From assembly GCA_965231065.1 (NCBI GenBank), contig OZ246410.1:579046-643045 (forward strand): a stretch of 64,000 nt of DNA, given 5' to 3'. The position numbers and the translations under genes were made by a program. Below, piece by piece: positions 8,759 to 18,708 of this stretch (position 1 is the first letter of the stretch; each line of letters begins with the position of its first letter). The DNA is from an uncultured Methanosarcinales archaeon (GTDB lineage: Archaea; Nanobdellota; Nanobdellia; Woesearchaeales; UBA10107). The notes beneath the pieces are model-generated. The model saw only the letters and a program-made list of their open reading frames with translations, was not told the origin of the DNA and did no database searches.

Positions 8759-9514
8759 TTACTTTAGCTCGATACCGACCGGACAGTGATCAGAACCTTC
8801 GTATTCGTTGAGAATGAACGCCGATTTTATTTTGTTAATTAGTGATTTTGAGACGATGAAGTAGTCGATTCGCCAGCCGACATTCTTCTTTCTGGCGCTG
8901 AATCGGTATGTCCACCAGGAATACTTGACTTCATTCGGATGCAACGCTCTGAATGTGTCTACGAATCCTGCGTTCATGATATTGGTGAAGTCAGTTCGTT
9001 CTTCTATTGTGAACCCTGCATTATTCATATTGTTCTTTGGCCGTGCGATGTCTATCTCTTCGTGAGCGACATTCAGATCGCCGCAGACGATGACTGGTTT
9101 CTTTTTTTCTAACTTTCTTATGTATTTCAGGAAATCAGCATCCCATCTCTGTTTGTATTTCAGTCTCTTTAGTTCTTCCTGCGCGTTTGGTGTATAGACA
9201 TTTACAAGGTAGAAGTTTGGAAATTCTGCGGTGATCACTCTGCCTTCATCATCATGTTCTTTCATATCGATGCCATGGAAGATAGAGAGTGGTTTTATCT
9301 TAGAGATGATCGCAGTCCCTGAATATCCTTTCTTCTTTGCAGAGTTCCAATATCGATGCGGATATCCGTCAAAATCATGATCGACCTGATGCACTTCTGC
9401 TTTTGTTTCCTGCAGACAAAGAATATCTGGCTTTTCATTCTTCATGAACTCATGGAAGTCTTTTTTCTTGAGAATCGCTCTGATGCCATTGACGTTCCAG
9501 GAGATAAGCTTCAT
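8759..9514 (-). CDS. xth: Exodeoxyribonuclease III (ExoIII/APE1-family AP endonuclease)
   Basis: Begins MKLISWNVNGIRA. LCLQETK, GDLNVAHEEIDI and C-terminal SDHCPV motifs. Confidence 0.9.
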   Translation of the reverse strand: MKLISWNVNGIRAILKKKDFHEFMKNEKPDILCLQETKAEVHQVDHDFDGYPHRYWNSAKKKGYSGTAIISKIKPLSIFHGIDMKEHDDEGRVITAEFPNFYLVNVYTPNAQEELKRLKYKQRWDADFLKYIRKLEKKKPVIVCGDLNVAHEEIDIARPKNNMNNAGFTIEERTDFTNIMNAGFVDTFRALHPNEVKYSWWTYRFSARKKNVGWRIDYFIVSKSLINKIKSAFILNEYEGSDHCPVGIELK

Positions 9515-9545
9515 AACAGTATTATCTTAAATCTCTTTAAAAATC

Positions 9546-9863
9546 TTATCTAAGAAATCTACTATTGAGTATTGCAATGTCAGATGCATCGCTTACAAGT
9601 CTACATAGACCTTCATTGTCTCTTCTATACACACCAACAATGTCACTTGCAATTAACTTTTTTGGAGTCATAAGAAATCCGAATGAAACACCTGCCTCCA
9701 GGTGCGGGTTATCATTAAAGTGCGAGTCATTTATGTTGTAAGCTTTTTCCTCATATGTCCAAGTTCCTCTGGATTCGTTTGCTTTCACACCATTGTAGAA
9801 GTCATCTACGAAAAGGTTGCCTTCTGCATCTGCTATGAGATAAACAAGGTCTAATTTTTTCAT
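9546..9863 (-). CDS. Hypothetical protein (105 aa)
   Basis: ORF only. Confidence 0.45.
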   Translation of the reverse strand: MKKLDLVYLIADAEGNLFVDDFYNGVKANESRGTWTYEEKAYNINDSHFNDNPHLEAGVSFGFLMTPKKLIASDIVGVYRRDNEGLCRLVSDASDIAILNSRFLR

Positions 9864-9935
9864 GATTAGTGCACAGGACCCATATATTTAACCCTTACCA
9901 TAACGTTTAAATATAGCGTTTATAACCTATATATC

Positions 9936-10493
9936 ATGCAAACACAGCAGATTACAGGCCCTATAACGAGGGATATGACCATTGGAGACTTAGTACAGAA
10001 ATACCCTTCAGTAGTTGAAATTCTCTTAGATGAAGGCGTCCATTGCGTAGGCTGCGGCGCTTCTTATTTTGAGACTATCGCACAAGGCCTTTCAGGTCAT
10101 GGCAAGTCAGATGAAGAGATAGATGACGTTGTTAAAAGATTAAACGAAGCGATACCGAAAGAAGAAGGATCTTCGGATGGATTGATCGTCACAGAAAAAG
10201 CAATATCAAAATTAAAAGAACTGATGAAAGACAAGCAAGGCTTTGCGTTAAGAATTTCAGTATTGAAAGGCGGCTGTTCAGGTTATCAGTATGAATTCGC
10301 GTTCGATGATGAGACAACCAAAGATGATGATGCATTCATGATCTCTGGTGTAAAGTTTGTAACAGATAAAGAAAGCATGACAAAATTAAAAGGTTCTAAG
10401 ATCGATTATTTAGATTCATTGACTGGCGCAGGATTCAAAGTCTCAAATCCAAATGCATCACATACATGCGGCTGCGGACAGAGCTTTAGTTAA
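9936..10493 (+). CDS. DUF1858 redox-disulfide domain fused to HesB/IscA-type Fe-S cluster carrier
   Basis: N-terminal HCVGCGAS (DUF1858-like). C-terminal IscA signature CGCGQSF. Confidence 0.75.
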   Translation: MQTQQITGPITRDMTIGDLVQKYPSVVEILLDEGVHCVGCGASYFETIAQGLSGHGKSDEEIDDVVKRLNEAIPKEEGSSDGLIVTEKAISKLKELMKDKQGFALRISVLKGGCSGYQYEFAFDDETTKDDDAFMISGVKFVTDKESMTKLKGSKIDYLDSLTGAGFKVSNPNASHTCGCGQSFS

Positions 10494-10494
10494 A

Positions 10495-10701
10495 ATGGAA
10501 ACTACATTGGAAGAAAAGGCAGTTGAAAGATCAAATACGAGTCAAATAAATGACGAGTTAAATAGGTGTGCAGAGATCTTGATCAATCTGGCCCTCAAGA
10601 GGCATGGAATACTTGACATCAGTTCTTTGACTCCAAGAGACTACGAGTATGCAAGAAAAAATGATCCGGAATACAGAAAATATTTTCCTGAAAGAAAATG
10701 A
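10495..10701 (+). CDS. Small hypothetical protein (68 aa)
   Basis: ORF 10453..10701 trimmed to the ATG at 10495, just after the upstream stop. Its stop overlaps the next start. Confidence 0.35.
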   Translation: METTLEEKAVERSNTSQINDELNRCAEILINLALKRHGILDISSLTPRDYEYARKNDPEYRKYFPERK

Positions 10702-11621
10702 TCAATATTCTTTTTTACAAATACGTCGATATGGGTTCTGAAGAAGTTCTTAAGAAGTTTCAGATCAGGCATTTAGCGCTTTGTAAACGATTAAATCTCA
10801 AAGGACGCGTTCTAATCGCTTCTGAAGGCATCAATGGCAACCTGACAGGGGAAGATAAGAATATCGAAGAATACAAGAAAGAACTGCACAAAGATCCTAA
10901 ATTCTCAGACATCGAGTTCAAGGAAGGACCCACTGCGAATCACAACTTCAGAAAATTGTTTGTGAGAATAAAGAAAGAGATTGTCACCTCAGGATTCGGC
11001 ATTGACACAACTAATAAAGGAAAGTACGTAGAACCTGAAGAATTAAAACAATGGTATGACAATAAAGAAGATTTCGTCATAGTAGATGCGAGAAATGATT
11101 ACGAATACAAGATCGGCAGGTTCAAGAACGCAATTAATTTGAAACTTAACACATTCAAGGAATTCCCGAAAGCAGCGAAAGAATTATCAAAATATAAAGA
11201 TAAAAAGATTGTGACATACTGCACCGGCGGTGTCAGATGTGAAAAAGCTTCTGCCTATCTCAAACAGCATGGTTTCAAGAACATCCATCAATTACATGGC
11301 GGTATCATAAAATACGGAGAGAAGTTGGGCGATACACATTGGGAAGGAAAATGCTTTGTCTTTGACACCAGAGGAGCGATTCCATTAGATACTAAGAAGC
11401 AATCAGAACCGATAACACAATGTGAATTATGCAACACACCATGTGATCATTATTACAACTGCGCCAACACAAAGTGTGACAAAAGATTTATCTCCTGTGA
11501 CGGCTGTTTTAAGATCCTGAATTCATGCTGCTCAAAGAAATGCAGAAATGAACTGAAGGTCCATCCTGAATGGCATAATCCGAACGCCAACAGAGGAATC
11601 GATCACGGACTTACCGAATAA
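10698..11621 (+). CDS. Rhodanese-domain protein, UPF0176/TrhO-like, with C-terminal Cys-rich extension
   Basis: Rhodanese active-site loop CTGGVRCEKA. Conserved UPF0176 N-terminus. Many C-terminal Cys. Confidence 0.75.
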   Translation: MINILFYKYVDMGSEEVLKKFQIRHLALCKRLNLKGRVLIASEGINGNLTGEDKNIEEYKKELHKDPKFSDIEFKEGPTANHNFRKLFVRIKKEIVTSGFGIDTTNKGKYVEPEELKQWYDNKEDFVIVDARNDYEYKIGRFKNAINLKLNTFKEFPKAAKELSKYKDKKIVTYCTGGVRCEKASAYLKQHGFKNIHQLHGGIIKYGEKLGDTHWEGKCFVFDTRGAIPLDTKKQSEPITQCELCNTPCDHYYNCANTKCDKRFISCDGCFKILNSCCSKKCRNELKVHPEWHNPNANRGIDHGLTE

Positions 11622-11672
11622 AACAAGCATAATCTTTAAATACGCTCATATTCTCAGCAATGCTAAGGTGTT

Positions 11673-13034
11673 ATGACATATAAAACAACAGATCCAACCA
11701 CAGGAAACGTTCTCAAGGAATTCAAGTCTGTCTCATCACAAGACGCTATAAAGACAATAACAGACCTGAGAAAGAACAACCAAAAGTGGAAAGAGACACC
11801 TGTCTCTAGACGAATCGAACACGTCAGGAAAGTCTCTGAATTGTTAAAACAGAATAAGCAGCGATATGCTGAAGTCATTACGACAGAAGTAGGCAGACCG
11901 ATCAAAGATTCTGTTCCTGAGATAGAGAAATGTGCTCAGCTGTGTGATTATTATGTCGAAACCGCAGAAAAATCATTGCAGGATGATATCATCAAGACTG
12001 AAGCGTACAAAAGTTATGTGCGGTTTGAACCGCTGGGAACTGTCTTAGGAATCATGCCATGGAATTATCCGTTCTGGCAGGCTTTCAGATCAGTGATTCC
12101 TGCGTTATTGGCTGGCAATACGTATGTCATGAAGCATGCATCAAACGTACCGCAGTCTGCATTATTGATTGAAGAAGTTCTTGATAAATCAGGATTGAAG
12201 GACTATTTCAAATTGTTATTCATCGATTCATCTGACATCGAGCTATTGATTAAAAGCAATCTTATCCAGGGAGTTTCTTTGACAGGCAGCTCAGAAGTCG
12301 GAAAGAAGATCGGCGGCATAGCTGGAAATAATCTGAAGAAAGTCGTCCTTGAACTGGGCGGTTCAGACGCGTACATCATACTGAAAGACGGTGATATATC
12401 TCTCGCGTGCAAAGAAGCTGTTTCTTCGCGCTTTTTGAATTCAGGACAGTCATGCAATTCAGCGAAGCGATTCATCGTTGTCGAAGATGTCGCGAAAGAA
12501 TTCACTGAAAAATTACTCGAATACGTCAAGAAACTAAAGGTAGGCGATCCGAGAGAGAAAGATACTGATATGGGGCCATTAGCGAATAAATCGATGCATG
12601 ATAATTGTCAGAGACAGGTAGAGGATGCTGTCAAAAAAGGCGCTTCAGTCCTACACGGCGGTCATTCTATGAAGAAAGGATTTTATTTCATGCCTACGTT
12701 AATCACCAATGTAAAGTCAAGCATGTTGGTTGCGAATGAAGAGACATTCGCACCTATCGCAGTGATAATCACTGTCAAGAACGAACAGGAAGCCATCAAA
12801 GAGGCGAATAGAAGCGTCTATGGACTGGGTTGCAGCATCTGGACCAAGGATCTGAAAAAAGGAGAAGAGCTGAGCAAACAGATCGAGGCAGGCTGTGTCT
12901 ATGTCAATAAGAAGGTCCGTTCTGATCCGCGCATGCCATTCGGCGGAGTCAAAGACTCAGGGCTGGGAAGAGAACTTGGTTCCTACGGACTGAAAGAATT
13001 TGTGAATATCAAATCGGTGATAATCGAAAAATGA
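11673..13034 (+). CDS. NAD(P)+ aldehyde dehydrogenase (succinate-semialdehyde dehydrogenase-like)
   Basis: ELGGSDA and GQSCNSAKR (catalytic Cys) motifs. FGGVKDSG near the C-terminus. Confidence 0.9.
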   Translation: MTYKTTDPTTGNVLKEFKSVSSQDAIKTITDLRKNNQKWKETPVSRRIEHVRKVSELLKQNKQRYAEVITTEVGRPIKDSVPEIEKCAQLCDYYVETAEKSLQDDIIKTEAYKSYVRFEPLGTVLGIMPWNYPFWQAFRSVIPALLAGNTYVMKHASNVPQSALLIEEVLDKSGLKDYFKLLFIDSSDIELLIKSNLIQGVSLTGSSEVGKKIGGIAGNNLKKVVLELGGSDAYIILKDGDISLACKEAVSSRFLNSGQSCNSAKRFIVVEDVAKEFTEKLLEYVKKLKVGDPREKDTDMGPLANKSMHDNCQRQVEDAVKKGASVLHGGHSMKKGFYFMPTLITNVKSSMLVANEETFAPIAVIITVKNEQEAIKEANRSVYGLGCSIWTKDLKKGEELSKQIEAGCVYVNKKVRSDPRMPFGGVKDSGLGRELGSYGLKEFVNIKSVIIEK

Positions 13035-13471
13035 AAATCTACATAGGAGCTGATCACGCAGGATTTGAACTGAAGCAGAAAGTGAAGAAATACTTAGATT
13101 CAATCGGTGTCGCGTACGAAGATGTCGGAGCTCACCGGTTTGTAAAGACAGATGATTATCCATTGTATGCAGCGAAGGTTGGCAGAAAAGTAGCATCCAA
13201 CGATTCATTCGGCATCTTGTTCTGTGGCTCATCACATGGCATCTGTATCGCTGCGAATAAGATCAAAGGAATACGTGCTGTTTCAGTAAACACAGTCAAG
13301 GATGCTTCTTTAGCACGATTGCATAACGATGCGAATATCCTTTGTTTATCAGGATGGAATACGCCATTGAAACTCACTGAAAAGATCATCAAGACCTTCT
13401 TGTTTACGTTATTTTCAGGTGAAGAGCGGCATCGACGAAGGATCAGACAGATCGCTGCGCTGGAACGATGA
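13031..13471 (+). CDS. rpiB: Ribose-5-phosphate isomerase B (bacterial type)
   Basis: Begins MKIYIGADHAGFELK. CGSSHGICIAANK motif. Confidence 0.8.
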   Translation: MKIYIGADHAGFELKQKVKKYLDSIGVAYEDVGAHRFVKTDDYPLYAAKVGRKVASNDSFGILFCGSSHGICIAANKIKGIRAVSVNTVKDASLARLHNDANILCLSGWNTPLKLTEKIIKTFLFTLFSGEERHRRRIRQIAALER

Positions 13472-14067
13472 TCGTCCCTGCCATCATCGCTTCTGACCAA
13501 AAGACATTCGATAAGCTATATTCTAAACTGAAAATAGCAAAAACACTGCATCTCGATATCATGGACGGCGATTATGTCAGGAACAGATCATTATGGTTCG
13601 GATTTAATCTGCCAAAACATGACTATGAAGCGCACTTGATGACGCGCAGACCGGAGATGTTCATCGGCAAACATCATTCTGAGATCAAGACATTCATCGT
13701 GCATGTCGAGACTGTATCTAATGTCGATGCCCTGATTGATTTCGCGCATTCGATGAAATGCAGGATATTCTTAGCATTAAGTCCGAATATTCCTGTCGCA
13801 AGAATACGAAAATATATCCGAAGGATAGATGGCATCACGATCATGACAGTCATTCCCGGCAGCTATGGCGCTTCATTCATGAAAAATATGCTCAAGAAGA
13901 TACGGGAATTGAAATATTTGAACAAGCGGATGACCATCGAAGTCGATGGCGGAGTGAATGATAAGACCATTTCATTACTGCGAGAAGCAGGAGCGAATCG
14001 ATTCTCTGTCGGTTCTTATCTTCAGAAAGCAAAAGATATTAAAAAAGCGATAGCGAGCCTTGAATGA
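13468..14067 (+). CDS. rpe: Ribulose-phosphate 3-epimerase
   Basis: HLDIMDG motif. (beta/alpha)8 pattern. VDGG near the C-terminus. Confidence 0.75.
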   Translation: MIVPAIIASDQKTFDKLYSKLKIAKTLHLDIMDGDYVRNRSLWFGFNLPKHDYEAHLMTRRPEMFIGKHHSEIKTFIVHVETVSNVDALIDFAHSMKCRIFLALSPNIPVARIRKYIRRIDGITIMTVIPGSYGASFMKNMLKKIRELKYLNKRMTIEVDGGVNDKTISLLREAGANRFSVGSYLQKAKDIKKAIASLE

Positions 14068-14476
14068 TATGAAAAAGAAGATGACTGATAAAGACTGGAA
14101 AGAGAAACTCACTGCGCAGCAATATCATATTCTCAGAGAAAAAGGAACGGAACTGCCATTTACCGGCAAGTATGACGCTGTCTTTAAAGACGGCATGTAT
14201 GTCTGCGCTGCCTGCGGCAATGTACTGTTTGATTCTGAGACTAAGTATGATGCAGGCTGTGGCTGGCCTTCCTTCTGGGATGTGGTCAAGAAAGACGCAG
14301 TGAAATATATTGAAGATACAAAGTTTGGTATGCGACGTGTCGAAGTTGTTTGTGCCAGATGCGGTGGTCATTTAGGTCATGTATTTCCGGATGGACCAAA
14401 AGATAAGACCGGGCAAAGATTTTGCATCAATTCAGCTTCTTTGGAAATTAAAGAGAAAAAGAAAAAAACTTTATAA
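14060..14476 (+). CDS. msrB: Peptide methionine-(R)-sulfoxide reductase MsrB (zinc form)
   Basis: Two CxxC pairs ([17 protein letters not shown]). Catalytic RFCINSASL. Confidence 0.9.
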   Translation: MNDMKKKMTDKDWKEKLTAQQYHILREKGTELPFTGKYDAVFKDGMYVCAACGNVLFDSETKYDAGCGWPSFWDVVKKDAVKYIEDTKFGMRRVEVVCARCGGHLGHVFPDGPKDKTGQRFCINSASLEIKEKKKKTL

Positions 14477-14499
14477 ATAACCTCATTCGCAGGTTTCTT

Positions 14500-14994
14500 A
14501 TGGCATATGACGTCATAGTCGTTTTAGGAGGAGGCATCAACGGAGACAGCACACTCCCTGAAAAGACACGGTATCGGGTACATACGGGAGCTGATCTACT
14601 TCAGCGAAAGTATGCCCCGCGTATACTGATGTCCGGAGACCGGCCAAAACATACAAAACATTCTATCAGTGAAGCTGAATTGATGCGAGCGCACGCGGTC
14701 AAGCTTGGTGTTTCTCCCACGCAGATATTTCTTGAACAGAGATCATTCGATACGGTAAGTAATGCAGAATGTACCAAACAGGATTTTCTCGAACCAAATA
14801 AATGGAAAAATATCGTATTAGTCACCTCGGATTTTCATTTACCGCGAGCTGCGTATATCTTTGAGAAGGCACTACGCGAAGGATACGCAGTCATGCCGGT
14901 TCCCGCACCGAGTTTTCTCTCTCGTTCTGAACTAGAAAGAATGCTTGTGGAAGAAGAAAAAAAATTAGAAGAAATAAGAAAAAGACTGCATTAA
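14500..14994 (+). CDS. DUF218/YdcF-like protein
   Basis: VIVVLGGG ... ILMSGD pattern of the DUF218 family. Confidence 0.6.
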   Translation: MAYDVIVVLGGGINGDSTLPEKTRYRVHTGADLLQRKYAPRILMSGDRPKHTKHSISEAELMRAHAVKLGVSPTQIFLEQRSFDTVSNAECTKQDFLEPNKWKNIVLVTSDFHLPRAAYIFEKALREGYAVMPVPAPSFLSRSELERMLVEEEKKLEEIRKRLH

Positions 14995-15257
14995 TTTGTC
15001 CAGTTCCAGACTGCTGCAAACACGCGGCCGACGATATTGGCGACGATGAATGCCATTACGACTAGCAATACTGCATTGCCTAGACTGAATGACTGGATAA
15101 CTGTTGTTTCTTGCACCATGTGTAACCGAGTAACCCAGTTCACAAATGACTGCAATGCGTTTGGTATGATCGCTATTAATAACGCCCATACCGCATGCAC
15201 TAATGCTGCGAACGTTCCTAACGTCATTCCTAATTTGCTTCCATTTAGTTTTGTCAT
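14991..15257 (-). CDS. Small membrane protein (88 aa)
   Basis: GGGAGGT Shine-Dalgarno and TTTAAATA box upstream on the minus strand. Two TM helices. Confidence 0.5.
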   Translation of the reverse strand: MTKLNGSKLGMTLGTFAALVHAVWALLIAIIPNALQSFVNWVTRLHMVQETTVIQSFSLGNAVLLVVMAFIVANIVGRVFAAVWNWTN

Positions 15258-15291
15258 GATTTAACCTCCCTTTGGATATCTATGTGATTGG

Positions 15292-15351
15292 AATATTTAA
15301 AGGTTGTCCAGGAATGTTAGTTGCACTTGATATCACCGTAACCTTTAAAAC
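15292..15351. promoter_or_regulatory. Divergent promoter region: TTTAAATA-type box for the minus-strand gene and TTTAAAA box (15343-15349) 30 nt upstream of the phosphoketolase ATG
   Basis: AT-rich TATA-like boxes at archaeal spacing on both strands of the 120-nt divergent spacer. Confidence 0.4.
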
Positions 15352-15378
15352 CTCTCAATTCATAGCTTTAACGTAACC

Positions 15379-17649
15379 ATGGTGGTTACGAAAGAGGAAT
15401 TAGACTGGGCAGTACGGCATTGGACCACTGCCAATTATATCGCTGCTGCTTCTATCTACCTTAAAGATAACTTCCTTTTAGAACGTTCTTTAATTCCAGA
15501 TGATATCAAGGATTCATTGCTCGGTCATTGGGGAACATGTCCGGGCATCAATTTTGTCTATACCCATCTCAATCTCTTGGCAAAGAAAACAAAGCAGAAT
15601 ATCCTTCCGATCGTGGGACCTGGTCATGGATTCGCAGCAATCTTAGCGAATATGTTTATTGACGGTTCATTGAGAAAATATTATCCAGAACACACGAACG
15701 ATAAGAAAGGATTAGGGAAGACAATCAAATCATTCTGCTGGCCGGGAGGTTTCCCAAGTCATGCGAATCCGGGCGTTCCGGGAATAATCCATGAAGGAGG
15801 GGAATTAGGCTATGCACTCGGTACTGCATACGGCGCAGCGTTTGATAATCCTGATTTACTAGTCGCTGTTATTGTAGGCGATGGTGAAGCAGAGACCGGA
15901 CCGACCGCAGCTGCATGGCATAGCAATAAGTTTCTGAATCCGAAGAGAGACGGCGCAGTATTACCAATATTACATCTCAACGGTTACAAGATCAGCAGTC
16001 CGACAATATTCAGCACGATGAGCAATGAAGAACTGAAGAATCTCTTCACCGGATACGGTTATGATGTAAGATTCGTCGGTGAAAATCACAAACAGATGGC
16101 AGAGATACTGGAGTGGGCTCATAAAAAAATAAAAAATATAAAAAAATCGAGCAATAAACCGCAATGGCCATTGATAATACTAAAAACAAGAAAAGGATGG
16201 ACGGGATTGGAAGAAGGAAGCTTCAGAAGCCATCAGGTGCCTGTACGGGATGTAAAAACGAATAAGAAATCACTCCAAGCGTTAGAACATTGGCTCAGAA
16301 GCTATCATCCGGAACAATTGTTCAATAATGGAAGAATTACTGAAGAAACAACAAGATTCCTCTCTGAAATACGATTAGGAGATAATCCTGTCGCATTGGG
16401 TGGCAATATCAGAAAATCACTGAAACTCCCGAATGCAAAGAGATTTGAACTAAAGATAAAGAAGAAAGGTGCTCAGGAAGAAAGCAGCGTCGCCATTCTC
16501 GGCAATTATCTCAATGAAGTCTTCAAACGAAATGATAACTTCAGATTGTTCTGTCCTGATGAATTAGCATCAAATAAATTAGACGCAGTATTGAAATCAA
16601 CGAAACGAGCGTATGTCTGGCCAGTAAGTAACAAAGACAGAATCGATTCTTCGTTATCACCAAATGGCAGAGCGATGGAGATCTTAAGCGAACATACGCT
16701 ACAGTCATGGTTGCAAGGATACATATTGACAGGAAGACATGGCTTATTCCCGAGCTATGAAGCATTTTTACCGATAATAGACAGCATGGTCAGCCAGCAA
16801 TTGAAATTCATCAAGGCGAGTCTAGACTTCCCTTGGAGAACACCGATCTCTGCGTACAACTATCTGTTGACATCAGTATGCTGGCGTCAGGATCACAATG
16901 GATTCTCGCATCAGAATCCGGGTTTCATCAATATGGTGCTAAATAAAGCAAAAGAAGAACAGTTGGTGAGGATGTATTTCCCTGCTGATGCGAATATGTT
17001 ACTCGCGACTGCTGAACACACATTGAACTCGACCAATAGAGTGAATATCATCGTCGCAGACAAACAGCCGACAAAACAGTGGCAGACTTATGATGAAGCA
17101 GTCAAACAGTCAAAGACAGGCGCTGCTATTTGGGAATTCATCTCTGATAAAAATCCAGATATTGTACTAGCTGCCTGCGGCGTCTATCAAGTCCAGGAAA
17201 CGATGGCTGCGATTGAATTGCTGAACAAAGAAGTTCCGAACCTTAAGATACGTATGGTGAATGTCTCAGAATTAAATGTTCTTGGAAACTTTCCTGAGTA
17301 TCCGAATGGATTATCAGAAAACACGTTCAATGAACTATTCACCAGAGACAAAGAAGTCATATTCCTGTTCCATGGCTATCCTGAGACGATCAAACAATTA
17401 TTATTCGACAGAAATAATGTCGATCGGTTCCACATCTACGGATACAGCGAATCAGGAACGACGACGACACCGATGGATCTGCTGATCAGAAATGGTGTGA
17501 GCAGATACAATATTGTGACGTACGCATTGGAACATGCTTCTACATCATCTTCTTTGATAAAAGAGAAAGCTCCGCAGCTGATACGAAAATACAAAGAACT
17601 GATGCGAGAACACAGAAAATACATCAAAGAACACGGCAGAGATCCGTAA
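15379..17649 (+). CDS. xfp: Xylulose-5-phosphate/fructose-6-phosphate phosphoketolase
   Basis: WTTANYIAAASIYLKDN N-terminal signature. EGGELGYAL and GDGEAETGP thiamine-diphosphate motifs. 756 aa. The true N-terminus may lie upstream at a non-ATG codon. Confidence 0.9.
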   Translation: MVVTKEELDWAVRHWTTANYIAAASIYLKDNFLLERSLIPDDIKDSLLGHWGTCPGINFVYTHLNLLAKKTKQNILPIVGPGHGFAAILANMFIDGSLRKYYPEHTNDKKGLGKTIKSFCWPGGFPSHANPGVPGIIHEGGELGYALGTAYGAAFDNPDLLVAVIVGDGEAETGPTAAAWHSNKFLNPKRDGAVLPILHLNGYKISSPTIFSTMSNEELKNLFTGYGYDVRFVGENHKQMAEILEWAHKKIKNIKKSSNKPQWPLIILKTRKGWTGLEEGSFRSHQVPVRDVKTNKKSLQALEHWLRSYHPEQLFNNGRITEETTRFLSEIRLGDNPVALGGNIRKSLKLPNAKRFELKIKKKGAQEESSVAILGNYLNEVFKRNDNFRLFCPDELASNKLDAVLKSTKRAYVWPVSNKDRIDSSLSPNGRAMEILSEHTLQSWLQGYILTGRHGLFPSYEAFLPIIDSMVSQQLKFIKASLDFPWRTPISAYNYLLTSVCWRQDHNGFSHQNPGFINMVLNKAKEEQLVRMYFPADANMLLATAEHTLNSTNRVNIIVADKQPTKQWQTYDEAVKQSKTGAAIWEFISDKNPDIVLAACGVYQVQETMAAIELLNKEVPNLKIRMVNVSELNVLGNFPEYPNGLSENTFNELFTRDKEVIFLFHGYPETIKQLLFDRNNVDRFHIYGYSESGTTTTPMDLLIRNGVSRYNIVTYALEHASTSSSLIKEKAPQLIRKYKELMREHRKYIKEHGRDP

Positions 17650-17686
17650 AGAAAAGTTTTTAAATAGAAACAAAATCAGAAATCAC

Positions 17687-17923
17687 ATGGCAAAAACCGT
17701 TAAAATCTATACAACACCGACATGCACCTGGTGCGCAAAAGCAAAGGAATTCTTTAAAGAACATAAGGTCAAATTTGAAGAGATCAATGTCTCTACTGAT
17801 CTGAAAGCTAGGGAAAAGATGATTGAGATGACTGGTCAGCGAGGCGTTCCCGTCATAGAGATAGATGACACCATCATCGTTGGTTATGATGAAGCTGCTT
17901 TGAGAGAAGCATTAGAACTTTAA
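17687..17923 (+). CDS. Glutaredoxin-like small redoxin
   Basis: 78 aa. CTWC active site. Thioredoxin-fold pattern (GVPVIEID). Confidence 0.8.
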   Translation: MAKTVKIYTTPTCTWCAKAKEFFKEHKVKFEEINVSTDLKAREKMIEMTGQRGVPVIEIDDTIIVGYDEAALREALEL

Positions 17924-18708
17924 CCTTCTTTTGACAGTCTTCCTTTGATTCTTGCTTGATCGATCGAATACGATAAATACATCGATACCAGCACAAGCAA
18001 AACAATATTCTCAGCGAATGCAAGCAACAATGCATTCCAGTTGATAACTCCGTACTGTATCACCTGTCGCATGCCTTCAAACACATGAGTGGAAGGGAAC
18101 CAGAACGCAATCTTCTGTGCCCAGACCGGCAAGGTAGACACAGGGTAGAATACCGAACTGAATGGCTGCACGAAGAATATCAAGCTCCATGCGAATACCT
18201 GTATTCTCTGACCGAATCTGAAGATGAATGCCGTGACCAAGATACCGATGACCCAGCCAAATAATGTTAAATTAATGACAAATAATGATAATGAGATCCA
18301 GCCAAGCGATATGATGTTGAATGAGAATAATGCTACGCCTAAGAATCCAAGCAACACAAGTGTCACCAAACCTCTCAAGAAGCTGAATATGGTGACAGCA
18401 AGCATAAGCGTGAATGGCGTCACCGGCGATGAAAATAAATTATACAGATTCCGAGACCAGAAATCTTCCAGGATGTAGACCGTAATATCCTGCTGTGCTC
18501 TCTGGAAGAACGTCCACAAGATAACTCCGCCGAGGAAGAATGCGATGATGTGCGAATCTTTGAGAATACCGGTAAGATAGAATGACGTGAAGCCCCACAG
18601 TAACAATGAGACCAAAGGCCAGTAGACAATATCGAAGATCCGATCCAACCGATTGATCGTCAAATACCAATTCTTCAGCAATAAACCTTCTAAGACATTC
18701 AGCTTCAT
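17920..18708 (-). CDS. ABC-2 type transporter permease
   Basis: Six TM segments; stop/start coupled to the upstream ATPase. Confidence 0.75.
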   Translation of the reverse strand: MKLNVLEGLLLKNWYLTINRLDRIFDIVYWPLVSLLLWGFTSFYLTGILKDSHIIAFFLGGVILWTFFQRAQQDITVYILEDFWSRNLYNLFSSPVTPFTLMLAVTIFSFLRGLVTLVLLGFLGVALFSFNIISLGWISLSLFVINLTLFGWVIGILVTAFIFRFGQRIQVFAWSLIFFVQPFSSVFYPVSTLPVWAQKIAFWFPSTHVFEGMRQVIQYGVINWNALLLAFAENIVLLVLVSMYLSYSIDQARIKGRLSKEG

